Origin: an uncultured Actinomycetota bacterium
Lineage (GTDB): Bacteria; Actinomycetota; Actinomycetes; Mycobacteriales; SCTD01
Assembly (NCBI GenBank): GCA_963726975.1
Contig: CAVSEK010000013.1
Span: 918,938-982,937 of the forward strand
Reading direction: 5' to 3'
Length of the DNA stretch: 64,000 bases
Of this stretch, positions 37,039-46,601 are shown piece after piece. Every line of letters begins with the position of its first letter. Position 1 is the first letter of the stretch. The notes beneath the pieces are model-generated. The model saw nothing but the letters and a program-made list of their open reading frames with translations, was not told the DNA's origin and did not search any database. Both the position numbers and the translations under genes were made by a program.

Positions 37039-37515
37039 TCAGCGCTGCAGGGCGACCGGGTCGCCCGGCGCCACCCCTGCCAGCCCGCCCGCCGCCGTCT
37101 CGACGACGAGGTCGACGACGGTGGCCGGGCCGTACGACGGGCACTGCGCCACGGTGCCCGGGCAGGGCTGCAGCGCCTCGACCGAGACGACCCGGCCGCC
37201 GAGGGCGAAGGCCGCGGCGAGCGGTGTCGTCACCCCCGCCATGGTGAAGCGCACCGTACGGCCCCCCGGGTAGGGGAAGGCCATCCCGGTGCCCGGGGGG
37301 ACCGCGCGCCCCCGCAGGCCCGCGGCCTGCTGCGCCGGCGTCGTGGCGAGCTCCACGTCGAGACCGACCGCGCCGACGGTGGCGCGGGCCCGCGGCAGCG
37401 GCGGCTGGCCCGTCGCCGCGGAGGAGGACGCCTCCGGCGCCGGGCCGCTGCCCGAGCAGGCGGTGAGGAGGCCCGGCAGCAGCACGAGCGCGGCGACCGG
37501 CCGCCCCGTCCTCAC
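37039..37515 (-). CDS. DUF192 lipoprotein
   Basis: GTG 37515 overlaps the permease stop (GTGA). Lipobox LLTAC and DUF192-like core (GLRGR...GMAFPY...FTM). Confidence 0.7.
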   Translation of the reverse strand: MRTGRPVAALVLLPGLLTACSGSGPAPEASSSAATGQPPLPRARATVGAVGLDVELATTPAQQAAGLRGRAVPPGTGMAFPYPGGRTVRFTMAGVTTPLAAAFALGGRVVSVEALQPCPGTVAQCPSYGPATVVDLVVETAAGGLAGVAPGDPVALQR

Positions 37516-38888
37516 GCGCGCTCGGCGACCGGCTGCTCCTGCTCGTCCGGGTAGGGCTCGGCCCCGTCGCCGCGGGCGCCGGTCACCCGCGACACGGCGT
37601 ACAGCGCGAGGCCGAGCAGCAGCAGCAGGCCCGCCCGGGCGTACGTCCCGGCGCTCTGCTGCGTCGCGAGGAGCACGCACGAGCCCAGGCCCAGGACGGG
37701 CACGACGGTCGGCACGCGCACGTGGTCGTGCTCGACGTGCTCGCGGCGCAGGACGAGGACCGCCAGGTTCGTGCTCGTGAAGACGACGAGCAGCAGCAGC
37801 ACGACGGTCTCGGCGAGCGCGGTGAGGCTGCCGGTCGCGGTCAGCGCGACCGCGACGGCGGTGGTGGCGACGATCGCGACCCACGGCGTGCGTCGCTGCG
37901 GCAGCACGCGCGAGAGCACCGGCGGCAGCAGGCCGTCGCGCGACATCCCGAACACGAGCCGGCTGGCCATGACGAGGGTGAGCAGCGCGCCGTTGGCGAC
38001 CGCGATGAGAGCGATGACGCTGAACACCTGCTCCGGCAGGCCCACGCGGCTGGTCCGCACGACCTCGAGCAGCGGCCCGGTCGAGCCGGCCAGCTGCTCC
38101 GTGGGCACGGCCGCGCTCACCGCGAGACCCACGAGGACGTACGCGACCCCGGCGACCAGCAGGGCGCCGAACAGCGCGCGCGGGTAGGTGCGGCGCACGT
38201 CGACGGTCTCCTCGGCGACGTTGGCGGAGGTCTCGAAGCCGACGAAGGAGTAGTAGGCCAGCAGCGCCCCGCCCAGCACCGCGCTGGGGACGCTCACCCC
38301 GTCCGTGAACTCGACGACCCGCCCGGGCGAGCCGTCGCCGTGCAGGACGACGATCGCCCCGAGCACGACCACGAGCAGCAGCCCGCCGACCTCGACGCAG
38401 GTCATGACGACGTTGGCCCGCAGGCTCTCCTTGATGCCGCGGGCGTTGAGCAGGCCCACCAGGACGAGGAAGACGAGCGCCGCACCGCGCTGCGGCACGT
38501 CGACCAGCGCGCTGAGGTAGTCGCCCGCGAAGGCCAGGGCCAGGCCGGCCGCCGACACGACCCCCGCCGCGGCCATGCAGAAGCCCACGACGAAGGCGAT
38601 CGCCGGGGAGCGGTAGGCCCGTCGGGCGAACACGGCCGCTCCCCCGGCCCGCGGGTGCTTGGTGACGAGCTCGGCGTAGCTCCCGGCCGTCAGCAGGGCG
38701 AGCCCCAGGGCGACGAGCAGCGGCACCCACACGGCGCCACCCGTCTCGCGCGCGATGCCGCCGACGAGGGCGTAGATGCCGGCACCGAGGACGTCGCCGA
38801 GGATGAACAGGAAGAGCAGGGGGCCGGTGATGGCGCGGCGCAGGCTCGGGGAGGACGACGTCCCGGTCGGGCGGGTCTCAGCGGTCAC
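37512..38888 (-). CDS. APC-superfamily amino acid permease
   Basis: GTG 38888. It has 458 codons with about 12 hydrophobic helices. Motifs: FILGDVLGAGIYAL and YSFVGFETSANVAEE. Confidence 0.85.
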   Translation of the reverse strand: MTAETRPTGTSSSPSLRRAITGPLLFLFILGDVLGAGIYALVGGIARETGGAVWVPLLVALGLALLTAGSYAELVTKHPRAGGAAVFARRAYRSPAIAFVVGFCMAAAGVVSAAGLALAFAGDYLSALVDVPQRGAALVFLVLVGLLNARGIKESLRANVVMTCVEVGGLLLVVVLGAIVVLHGDGSPGRVVEFTDGVSVPSAVLGGALLAYYSFVGFETSANVAEETVDVRRTYPRALFGALLVAGVAYVLVGLAVSAAVPTEQLAGSTGPLLEVVRTSRVGLPEQVFSVIALIAVANGALLTLVMASRLVFGMSRDGLLPPVLSRVLPQRRTPWVAIVATTAVAVALTATGSLTALAETVVLLLLVVFTSTNLAVLVLRREHVEHDHVRVPTVVPVLGLGSCVLLATQQSAGTYARAGLLLLLGLALYAVSRVTGARGDGAEPYPDEQEQPVAERA

Positions 38889-38968
38889 GGCACCCGGGGT
38901 GCCCGGGCCGGCCCCTCCCGACACGCGCCGGGGGCGGGCCGCTGCGTGCTGCCCGTCACGCCCGCTCC

Positions 38969-39814
38969 TCACCCGAAGTGCTGGACCAGCAGCTCCGCCA
39001 CCGTCTCCGGCGCCTCCTCGACGACGAAGTGACCGGCTCCGGGGACGGTCGTGAGCCGCGTCGACGGGCCCAGGTCGCGGACCGCCGCCTCCCCCGTCGA
39101 GACGGGCAGCACCGGGTCGAGCGCGCCCCAGACGACGAGGACGTCGGCGAGGTCGACGTCGGGCAGCGCCGCCGCGAGAGCTCTGCCGGGCCGCGGCGCG
39201 GCCGCGCTCGGCCGGGCCGCCGCGCGGTAGTAGCCGAGCATCGCGCGCACCCGCTCGCGGGAGGAGTACGCCGCGGTGTACTCCGCGCGCCGCTCGTCGT
39301 CGAGCGGTCGGGGCGCACGCCAGCCCACCCGCAGCATGAGCTCGACGAGCCGCCGACCGGCCAGGCGGAAGGCCAGCTCGGGCAGGCCGGGCAGGGCGAA
39401 GAGCGGCACGTGGACGGCGCGGTGCAGCGGCGGGCCGGAGCGGTACGGCGCGTTGAGCACCGCCAGCCGGCGCACCAGGTCGGGCCGGGTCCCGGCCAGG
39501 GCCAGGGCCACGACCCCGCCCCAGTCGTGCCCGGCGACGTCGACCGGCCCGCCGACCTCCGCCTCGACGAGCGCGGCGACCTGCGCCGCGACGGAGCGCA
39601 CGTCGTACGGCCCGGCGAAGCTCGAGCCGCCCAGGCCCGGCAGGTCCGGCGCGAGCACCCGCCGCTCCCGGGCGAGGTGCGGCACGACGTCCCGCCAGCA
39701 CGAGGACGTCTCGGGGACGCCGTGCAGCAGCAGGACGGGCGGCGCGCCACCGGCCCCCTGTGCCCGCAGCAGGAACACGGTGTCGGCCGCCACCACGGTG
39801 CGCACGTCGTCCAC
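38969..39814 (-). CDS. Alpha/beta hydrolase (epoxide hydrolase/dehalogenase-like)
   Basis: LLLHGVPETSSCW, nucleophile elbow GHDWGG and C-terminal GAGHFVVEE. Confidence 0.8.
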   Translation of the reverse strand: MDDVRTVVAADTVFLLRAQGAGGAPPVLLLHGVPETSSCWRDVVPHLARERRVLAPDLPGLGGSSFAGPYDVRSVAAQVAALVEAEVGGPVDVAGHDWGGVVALALAGTRPDLVRRLAVLNAPYRSGPPLHRAVHVPLFALPGLPELAFRLAGRRLVELMLRVGWRAPRPLDDERRAEYTAAYSSRERVRAMLGYYRAAARPSAAAPRPGRALAAALPDVDLADVLVVWGALDPVLPVSTGEAAVRDLGPSTRLTTVPGAGHFVVEEAPETVAELLVQHFG

Positions 39815-39823
39815 CGCGGCAGG

Positions 39824-42800
39824 CTAGCGACCTCCCGGGGCCGGGGCTCCGTAGAAGGTGCGCTGCACGACGTCGCGGGCCCGGCGGGTGCGCCGCCGGT
39901 AGGCGTCGAGGAACTCCCCGGGCGACCCCGGCGGGAAGCCCAGCAGGCGCGCCACGGCCTCGAGGTCGCGCCCGCTCGACGGGAGCGCGGTCGCCGGGCG
40001 TCCCCTCACCAGGACCAGCGCGTCCCGCGCCCGGGCGGCGGTCGTCCACGCGGTGCGCAGCACCTCGGCGTCGTCCGCGTCGAGCAGACCGCTGTCGACA
40101 GCGGCCTGCAGGCCGCCCAGCGTCGAGGTCGTCCGCAGGCGCGGCTCGGCGTGGGCGTGCTGGAGCTGCAGCAGCTGCACCGTCCACTCGACGTCGGCCA
40201 GCCCGCCGTGCCCGAGCTTGAGCGCGAGGCCCGGGTCGACGCCCCGCGGCACGCGCTCGGCCTCCACCCGCGCCTTCAGGCGGCGCACCTCGACGACCTG
40301 CTGCTCGCTCAGGCCACCGGCCGGCCAGCGCACCGGAGCGACGAGGTCGAGGAAGCGCCCGGCCAGGTCGGCGTCGCCGGCGAGCGGCGCGGCCCGCAGC
40401 AGCGCCTGCGCCTCCCACAGCAGCGACCAGCGCTCGTAGTAGGCGGCGTACGACGCCAGGCTGCGCGTCAGCGGCCCCTGCCGGCCCTCGGGTCGCAGGT
40501 CGGCGTCGACGAGCAGCGGCGGGTCGGGCGCGGGCAGCGCCAGCAGGCGGCGGGTCTCGTGGGCGACGTCGTGGGCGGCCTCTGCCGCCTCGCGGTCCGT
40601 CGCGCCGTCGCGCGCCTCGTGCACGAACAGCACGTCGGCGTCGCTGCTCCAGCTCTGCTCGCGACCGCCGAGCCGACCCATCGCCAGCACGGCGAGCCGT
40701 ACGGGGAGCGGCTCCCGACGTTCGGCCTCGACCTTGCGGGTCGCGGTGACGAGGGCCGCCTCGACGGTCGCCGCCGCGACGTCGGACAGCGCTCCTCCCA
40801 CGCCGGCCAGGTCCGTCAGCCCGAGCAGGTCGGCGCAGGCGACCCGGAGCATCTCCTGGCGGCGCAGCCCGCGGGCCGTGCCGACCGCGCCCTCCCAGTC
40901 GTCGCGCCGCCGGACCGCCGCGACGAACGCGCCGACGAGCTGCTCGCGGCTGCGCGGCTGCAGCTGCTCGTCGTCCGCGAGCAGGCGCACCCCGTCAGGC
41001 GTGCGGCCGAGCAGGTCGGCGACGTAGCGCGAGGTGCCGAGCAGGCGCGCCAGCCGCTCCGCCACGGCCCCGTCGTCGCGGAGCAGGCGCAGGTACCAGG
41101 GCGTGGTGCCGAGCGCGTCGCTCACCTGCCGGTAGCCCAGCAGGCCCGCGTCGGGGTCGGGCGACCCCGCCAGCCACCCGAGCAGGACCGGCAGCAGCGT
41201 CTGCTGGATGGCTGCCCGGCGGGACACCCCCGAGGTCAGCGCCTCCAGGTGGCGCAGGGCGGCTGCGGGCCCGGAGAAGCCCAGCGCGGCGAGCCGGGCC
41301 CCTGCCTCCGCGGGGGTGAGCCGGGCCTCCTGCGCCGGGAGCCGGGCCACCGCGCCCAGCAGCGGTCGGTAGAAGAGCTTCTCGTGCAGCCGCCGGACCT
41401 CCCGGCGGTAGCCGGCGCGCTCCCGGGCGAACCGGGCGGTGGCGTCGGCCCGCAGGCCGGTGGCCCGGGCCAACCGCCGCAGCGCGGCGGCGTCGTCCGG
41501 CGCGGGCATGAGGTGCGTCCGGCGCAGCCGGAGCAGCTGCAACCGGTGCTCGACGGTCCGCAGCCAGCGGTAGGCCTCGGCGAGGTGCCGCGCGTCCTCC
41601 CGCCCGACGTAGCCGCCCTGCGCCAGCTGCTCGAGCGCGGTGAGCGTCGTCCCGCTGCGCACCAGCGGGTCCGCACGACCGTGCACCAGCTGCAGCAGCT
41701 GCACGGCGAACTCGACGTCCCGCAGCCCGCCGCGGCCGAGCTTGAGCTCCCGGTCCACCTCGTCGCCCGAGAGCGTCGACTCGACGCGGCGGCGCATGGC
41801 CTGCACGTCCTCGACGAAGCCCGGGCGCTCGCTGGCGGTCCAGACGAGCGGACCGAGGGCGGTGACGTAGCGCTCGCCGAGCGCGAGGTCACCGGCCACC
41901 GGGCGCGCCTTCAGCAGCGCCTGGAACTCCCACGTCTTGGCCCACCGCCGGTAGTAGGCCTCGTGGCTGGCCAGCGTGCGCACCAGCGGCCCCTGCTTGC
42001 CCTCCGGGCGCAGGGCGGCGTCGACCGGCCAGGCGACGGCGCCGCACGCGCGCACCATCCCGCTGGCGACCCGGGTCGCGCTGCGCAGGGCCGCGTCGTC
42101 GGTGCCGGGGTCGCCGTCTGCGGCGCGGACGGGCTCCGCCACGAAGACGACGTCGACGTCGCTGACGTAGTTGAGCTCGCGCCCGCCGCACTTGCCCATG
42201 CCGAGGACCGCGAGCCGGCTCGGGGCGAGGTCGCCCGGCAGGTCGGCCAGCGCGACGGCGAGCCCCGCGGTGAGCGTGGCCCCGGCCAGGTCCGCGAGCT
42301 CGCCGGCGACGTCCTCGACCTGCACCGCCCCGGTGAGGTCGCGGGCCGCGAGCAGGAGCAGGCACCGGCGGTACTCCACCTGCAGGGCGGCGAGCACGTC
42401 CGGCCCGGCGCCCCGGGCCCGGGCGCCCCCCGTGCCCCAGGGCAGCGGCTCCTCCGGCGGGGCCCCGACGCTGGCGAGCAGCCGCACCTGCAGGCCCAGC
42501 AGGGTGGGCCGGGTCGCCACCTGCTCGTCGTCGGCCAGGTCGCGCCAGTGGCCGGGGTGCGCCACGAGGTGGTCGGCGAGGGCGCTGCTGGCCCCCAGCA
42601 CCGCGAGCAGGCGGCGGCGCAGCCCGGGCTCGGCACGCAGCGCGGACACCAGCGGCGCGGCGTCGGTCGCCTCGGCGAGCCGGAGCAGCGACCCCGCCGC
42701 CAGATCCGGGTCGGCCGTGTCCGCGAGCGCCTGGACGACGGCCTCGGCGCCCGGGTCGACGGGTCGACCGTCCCAGAGCCCGAGCCGGGTGAGCGCCACC

Positions 42801-42865
42801 TCGGCCGGGAGCACGTCGCCGAAGCCGAGCCGGGCCAGCAGGCCGCCGCCCGCGGGGCGCGTCAC
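39824..42865 (-). CDS. glnE: Bifunctional glutamine synthetase adenylyltransferase/adenylyl-removing enzyme
   Basis: GTG 42865 overlaps the GNAT stop (GTGA). It has 1013 codons and two nucleotidyltransferase repeats (LAVLGMGKCGGRELNYVSDVDVVFV; LAVLAMGRLGGREQSWSSDADVLFV). Confidence 0.9.
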   Translation of the reverse strand: MTRPAGGGLLARLGFGDVLPAEVALTRLGLWDGRPVDPGAEAVVQALADTADPDLAAGSLLRLAEATDAAPLVSALRAEPGLRRRLLAVLGASSALADHLVAHPGHWRDLADDEQVATRPTLLGLQVRLLASVGAPPEEPLPWGTGGARARGAGPDVLAALQVEYRRCLLLLAARDLTGAVQVEDVAGELADLAGATLTAGLAVALADLPGDLAPSRLAVLGMGKCGGRELNYVSDVDVVFVAEPVRAADGDPGTDDAALRSATRVASGMVRACGAVAWPVDAALRPEGKQGPLVRTLASHEAYYRRWAKTWEFQALLKARPVAGDLALGERYVTALGPLVWTASERPGFVEDVQAMRRRVESTLSGDEVDRELKLGRGGLRDVEFAVQLLQLVHGRADPLVRSGTTLTALEQLAQGGYVGREDARHLAEAYRWLRTVEHRLQLLRLRRTHLMPAPDDAAALRRLARATGLRADATARFARERAGYRREVRRLHEKLFYRPLLGAVARLPAQEARLTPAEAGARLAALGFSGPAAALRHLEALTSGVSRRAAIQQTLLPVLLGWLAGSPDPDAGLLGYRQVSDALGTTPWYLRLLRDDGAVAERLARLLGTSRYVADLLGRTPDGVRLLADDEQLQPRSREQLVGAFVAAVRRRDDWEGAVGTARGLRRQEMLRVACADLLGLTDLAGVGGALSDVAAATVEAALVTATRKVEAERREPLPVRLAVLAMGRLGGREQSWSSDADVLFVHEARDGATDREAAEAAHDVAHETRRLLALPAPDPPLLVDADLRPEGRQGPLTRSLASYAAYYERWSLLWEAQALLRAAPLAGDADLAGRFLDLVAPVRWPAGGLSEQQVVEVRRLKARVEAERVPRGVDPGLALKLGHGGLADVEWTVQLLQLQHAHAEPRLRTTSTLGGLQAAVDSGLLDADDAEVLRTAWTTAARARDALVLVRGRPATALPSSGRDLEAVARLLGFPPGSPGEFLDAYRRRTRRARDVVQRTFYGAPAPGGR

Positions 42866-43350
42866 GACGCGGCGGTCGCCGGAGGCGCGGGCAGGTCCTT
42901 GCCGAAGCAGACGGACAGCGGGCTGTCGGCCCACTCCCCGTAGGGCGAGACCCGGGTCCAGCCGCTGGACGCGTAGAGCGCGACCGCCTCCGGCTGGCGC
43001 AGCCCGGTCTCCAGCACGAGGCGGTCGAGCCCGAGCCCGCCCGCGGCCTCCTCCAGCCCGGCGAGCAGCGCGCGGGCGACGCCCCGCCCCCGCGCGGACG
43101 GCGCGACGTACATCCGCTTGACCTCGCCCGTGCTCCCGCTGCGGCGGCGCACGCCGCCGCACCCCGCGGGCACCCCGTCGAGCAGCGCGACGAGGAAGGC
43201 GCCGTGCGGCGGCGCGAAGGACGCGGGGAGGAGCGCGGTCCCGGCGGCCCCGTCGTCCTCGTAGCGCACCTGCAGGTCGCGCACCAGCGCCTCGACGAGC
43301 CCGCGCGCCCGCGCGCCGTCCAGCGGCTCCGCGAGCAGGACCAGGGCCAT
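42862..43350 (-). CDS. GNAT family N-acetyltransferase
   Basis: ATG 43350. It has 162 codons and the acetyl-CoA site RGRGVARALL. Confidence 0.8.
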   Translation of the reverse strand: MALVLLAEPLDGARARGLVEALVRDLQVRYEDDGAAGTALLPASFAPPHGAFLVALLDGVPAGCGGVRRRSGSTGEVKRMYVAPSARGRGVARALLAGLEEAAGGLGLDRLVLETGLRQPEAVALYASSGWTRVSPYGEWADSPLSVCFGKDLPAPPATAAS

Positions 43351-43410
43351 GGGCGGCAGTCTCCCAGGCGACGGTGTTCGCGCCGGCGCCGGTCGGGCAC
43401 TGCTGCGGGT

Positions 43411-44343
43411 GTGACGACGCCTCCGCTGCTCCCGACCGGGCGGCAGACGCTCCTGCAGGCCCACGACCAGACCGCGGTGGTCGTCCAGGTCGGCGGCGGC
43501 CTGCGCGACTACCGCGTCGGCGGCCGGCCGGTGCTCGACGGCTACGCGCAGGACGAGGCCTGCTCCGGCTCGCGCGGCCTGCCGCTGGTGCCGTGGCCCA
43601 ACCGGCTGCACGAGGGCCGCTACACCTGGCGGGGGCAGGAGCACGTGCTGCCGGTGGACCACCCGGCGACGCGCTCGGCCATCCACGGGCTGGCGCGCTG
43701 GCAGTCCTGGGAGCCTGTCGCGCAGGAGGCCGACCGGGTGACGCTGCAGACGACCCTCTGGCCGCGGCCTGCCTGGCCGTTCACGCTCACGGTGTCGGTC
43801 GAGCACGTGCTCGGTCCGGACGGGCTGGTCGTGACCACTGTCGCGGAGGCCACCGGCGCGCAGGACGTGCCGTACGCCTGCGGCGCGCACCCCTACCTCA
43901 CCGTCGGCACCGCGACCGTCGACGAGGTGGAGCTGCACCTGCCGGCGCGGACGCGGCTCACGACGGACGAGGACGGCATCCCGACCGGGCGCGAGGAGGT
44001 GGCCGGCACGGCGTACGACTTCCGCACGGCCGGGGCGGTCGGCGACCGCCGGCTGGACACCGCCTACACCGACCTGGCCCGCGGAGCGGACGGGCGGGCC
44101 CGCGCCACGCTGCGCAACCCCGCGGACGGGCGCGAGCTCGACCTGTGGGTCGACGGCGGGTACGACCTGCTCATGGTCTTCACCGGCGACACGGTGAGCC
44201 CGCCGCAGCGCCGCCGGCGGGGGCTCGCCGTCGAGCCGATGAGCGCGCCGCCCAACGCGTTGCAGACCGGTGAAGGGCTCGTCACGGTCCGGGCGGGCGA
44301 CGTCCACACCACCCGCTGGGGCATCACGCCGCGCGGCTGGTGA
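43411..44343 (+). CDS. Aldose 1-epimerase (galactose mutarotase-like) family protein
   Basis: GTG 43411. Motifs: PWPNRL, IHGLARW, CGAHPYL. Confidence 0.8.
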   Translation: MTTPPLLPTGRQTLLQAHDQTAVVVQVGGGLRDYRVGGRPVLDGYAQDEACSGSRGLPLVPWPNRLHEGRYTWRGQEHVLPVDHPATRSAIHGLARWQSWEPVAQEADRVTLQTTLWPRPAWPFTLTVSVEHVLGPDGLVVTTVAEATGAQDVPYACGAHPYLTVGTATVDEVELHLPARTRLTTDEDGIPTGREEVAGTAYDFRTAGAVGDRRLDTAYTDLARGADGRARATLRNPADGRELDLWVDGGYDLLMVFTGDTVSPPQRRRRGLAVEPMSAPPNALQTGEGLVTVRAGDVHTTRWGITPRGW

Positions 44344-44352
44344 GGCCGCCGC

Positions 44353-45168
44353 TCAGACGAGGGGCAGGGCGCGCGGCCTCGGGTCCTCGCCGCGGACCAC
44401 GGCGGCGAACCGCTCGAGGACCGGCCGCCAGAGCTCAGCCGTCTCCGGGAGCTCGCGCAGGGTGCGCTCGGTGAGCGCGTCGACGTCGACGCCGCCCTCG
44501 CGCAGCGCCTCGTCCTCCTGCGCCAGCCAGCTGCGCACCAGGTCCTCGTCGGCCTCGGCGTGGAACTGCATCCCCCAGGCCCGCTCCCCGAGCCGGAACA
44601 TCTGGTGCGGGTAGCGGGTGCTGCTCGCCAGCAGCGTCGCGCCCGGCGGCAGCTCGGTCACGACGTCCCAGTGCCACTGCACGCAGATCCAGCTCATCGG
44701 CGTGTCCCAGACGAGCGGGTCGGCGCCCGCGACGTCGCGCTTGCCGACGAGCCGGGCACCGAGCTCGGGACCCTCCTCGCCGGGCTCGACGACGCCTCCG
44801 GTCGCCTCGGCGAGCAGCTGCGCGCCGAGGCAGACCGCCAGCACGGGCACGCCGCGCTCGACCGCCTCGCGCAGCAGCGCCTTCGTCGGCGCCAGCCAGG
44901 GGGCCGAGGCGTCGTCGTAGGCCTGCTGCGGCCCGCCGAGCACGACGAGCGCGTCGTGCCCGTCGACGCTGCTCGGCAGCGCCTCGCCGGCGTACGGGTG
45001 GTGCACGTCGAGCGCGAGCCCGGCGGCCGGCAGCCACTGCGCGAGCAGCCCGGGGCCCTCGTCGGCCGCGTGCTGCACGACGAGCGCCCGCAGGGGCGAG
45101 CGGTCGGCGGTCCCGGTCGCGGTCCTGGTCCCGGTCCTGGTCACGGTCCTGGTCACGATGACGCTCAC
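44353..45168 (-). CDS. Type 1 glutamine amidotransferase-like protein
   Basis: GTG 45168 overlaps the glnA2 stop (GTGA). Nucleophile elbow VLAVCLGAQLL and MQFHAE. The N-terminus carries a TRTVTRTGTRT hexanucleotide-repeat stretch. Confidence 0.75.
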   Translation of the reverse strand: MSVIVTRTVTRTGTRTATGTADRSPLRALVVQHAADEGPGLLAQWLPAAGLALDVHHPYAGEALPSSVDGHDALVVLGGPQQAYDDASAPWLAPTKALLREAVERGVPVLAVCLGAQLLAEATGGVVEPGEEGPELGARLVGKRDVAGADPLVWDTPMSWICVQWHWDVVTELPPGATLLASSTRYPHQMFRLGERAWGMQFHAEADEDLVRSWLAQEDEALREGGVDVDALTERTLRELPETAELWRPVLERFAAVVRGEDPRPRALPLV

Positions 45169-46502
45169 AGCACCGGCAGGTAGCGGCCGAGCTCGAAGGG
45201 CGTGACCTCGCTGCGGTAGGCGCGCCACTCCTCCCGCTTGTTGCGCAGGAAGAAGTCGAAGACGTGCTCGCCGAGCGTCTCGGCCACGAGCTCGCTGCGC
45301 TCCATGGTGCTGATGGCCTCCGCGAGGCTGCCCGGCAGCGGTGTCATGCCCATCGCCCGCAGCTCCTGCTCCGGCAGCGACCAGACGTCGTCCTCGGTGC
45401 CCGGCGGCAGCGGGTACTCCTGCTCGACGCCCCGCAGCCCCGCCGCGAGCAGCAGCGCGAAGCACAGGTACGGGTTGGTGGCGCTGTCGGGGCTGCGCAC
45501 CTCGATGCGCGTCGACCCGCTCTTGGTCGGCTTGTACATGGGCACGCGCACGAGCGCGCTGCGGTTGTTGGTCCCCCAGCAGACGTACGGCGGCGCCTCT
45601 CCCCCGCTGACCAGCCGCTTGTAGGAGTTGACCCACTGGTTGGTCACCGCGGTGATCTCGGCCGCGTGCCGCAGCAGGCCCGCGATGAAGTGCTTGGCCG
45701 TGGTCGACAGGCGGGCGGGGTCGCCGCCGTCGTGGAAGGCGTTGCGGTCGCCCTCGAACAGGGACAGGTGGGTGTGCATCCCGCTGCCCGGCTGGTCGCT
45801 GAACGGCTTGGGCATGAACGTCGCGTAGATGCCCTGCGACAGGGCGACCTCCTTGATGACGTGCCGGGTCGTGAGCACGTTGTCGGCGGTCGTCAGCGCG
45901 TCGGCGTAGCGCAGGTCGATCTCCTGCTGCCCGGGGGCGACCTCGTGGTGGGAGTACTCCACCGAGATGCCCATGCTCTCCAGCACCGTGATCGCCTGCC
46001 GGCGGAAGTCCTGGCTGACGTCGTGCGGCGTGAGGTCGAAGTAGCCGCCGGCGTCGACCGGCTCGGGCACCAGCCCGCGGGCCGGGAGCGCCTTGAGCAG
46101 GAAGAACTCGATCTCCGGGTGGGTGTAGAAGGTGAAGCCGGCGTCGGCGGCCTTGGCGAGCGCCCGGCGCAGGACGTGCCGCGGGTCGGCCCAGCTCGGC
46201 GTCCCGTCGGGCATCGTGATGTCGCAGAACATCCGGGCGGTGCCCGGCGAGGTGCCCCGCCACGGCAGCACCTGGAACGTCGCGGGGTCGGGCTTGGCGA
46301 GCATGTCGCTCTCGTGCACCCGGGCGAAGCCCTCGATCGCCGAGCCGTCGAAGCCGATGCCCTCGGCGAACGCGCCCTCGAGCTCGGCCGGGGCGATGGC
46401 GACGGACTTCAGCGTGCCGAGCACGTCGGTGAACCACAGCCGGATGAAGCGGATGTCGCGCTCCTCGAGCGTGCGGAGCACGAACTCCTGCTGCTTGTCC
46501 AT
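45165..46502 (-). CDS. glnA2: Glutamine synthetase paralogue GlnA2
   Basis: Intact 445-aa track ORF. Motifs: FIRLWFTDVLG and PGSGMHTHLS. Confidence 0.9.
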   Translation of the reverse strand: MDKQQEFVLRTLEERDIRFIRLWFTDVLGTLKSVAIAPAELEGAFAEGIGFDGSAIEGFARVHESDMLAKPDPATFQVLPWRGTSPGTARMFCDITMPDGTPSWADPRHVLRRALAKAADAGFTFYTHPEIEFFLLKALPARGLVPEPVDAGGYFDLTPHDVSQDFRRQAITVLESMGISVEYSHHEVAPGQQEIDLRYADALTTADNVLTTRHVIKEVALSQGIYATFMPKPFSDQPGSGMHTHLSLFEGDRNAFHDGGDPARLSTTAKHFIAGLLRHAAEITAVTNQWVNSYKRLVSGGEAPPYVCWGTNNRSALVRVPMYKPTKSGSTRIEVRSPDSATNPYLCFALLLAAGLRGVEQEYPLPPGTEDDVWSLPEQELRAMGMTPLPGSLAEAISTMERSELVAETLGEHVFDFFLRNKREEWRAYRSEVTPFELGRYLPVL

Positions 46503-46601
46503 GCCGGCAGCCTGTCAGCCCGGTGACGGGTGTCCCCGGCGCGCACCGGGAAGGGTCACCGTCAAGCAGTTGATCCAGCAACCACCTTCGCGAGGAGCGA
46601 C

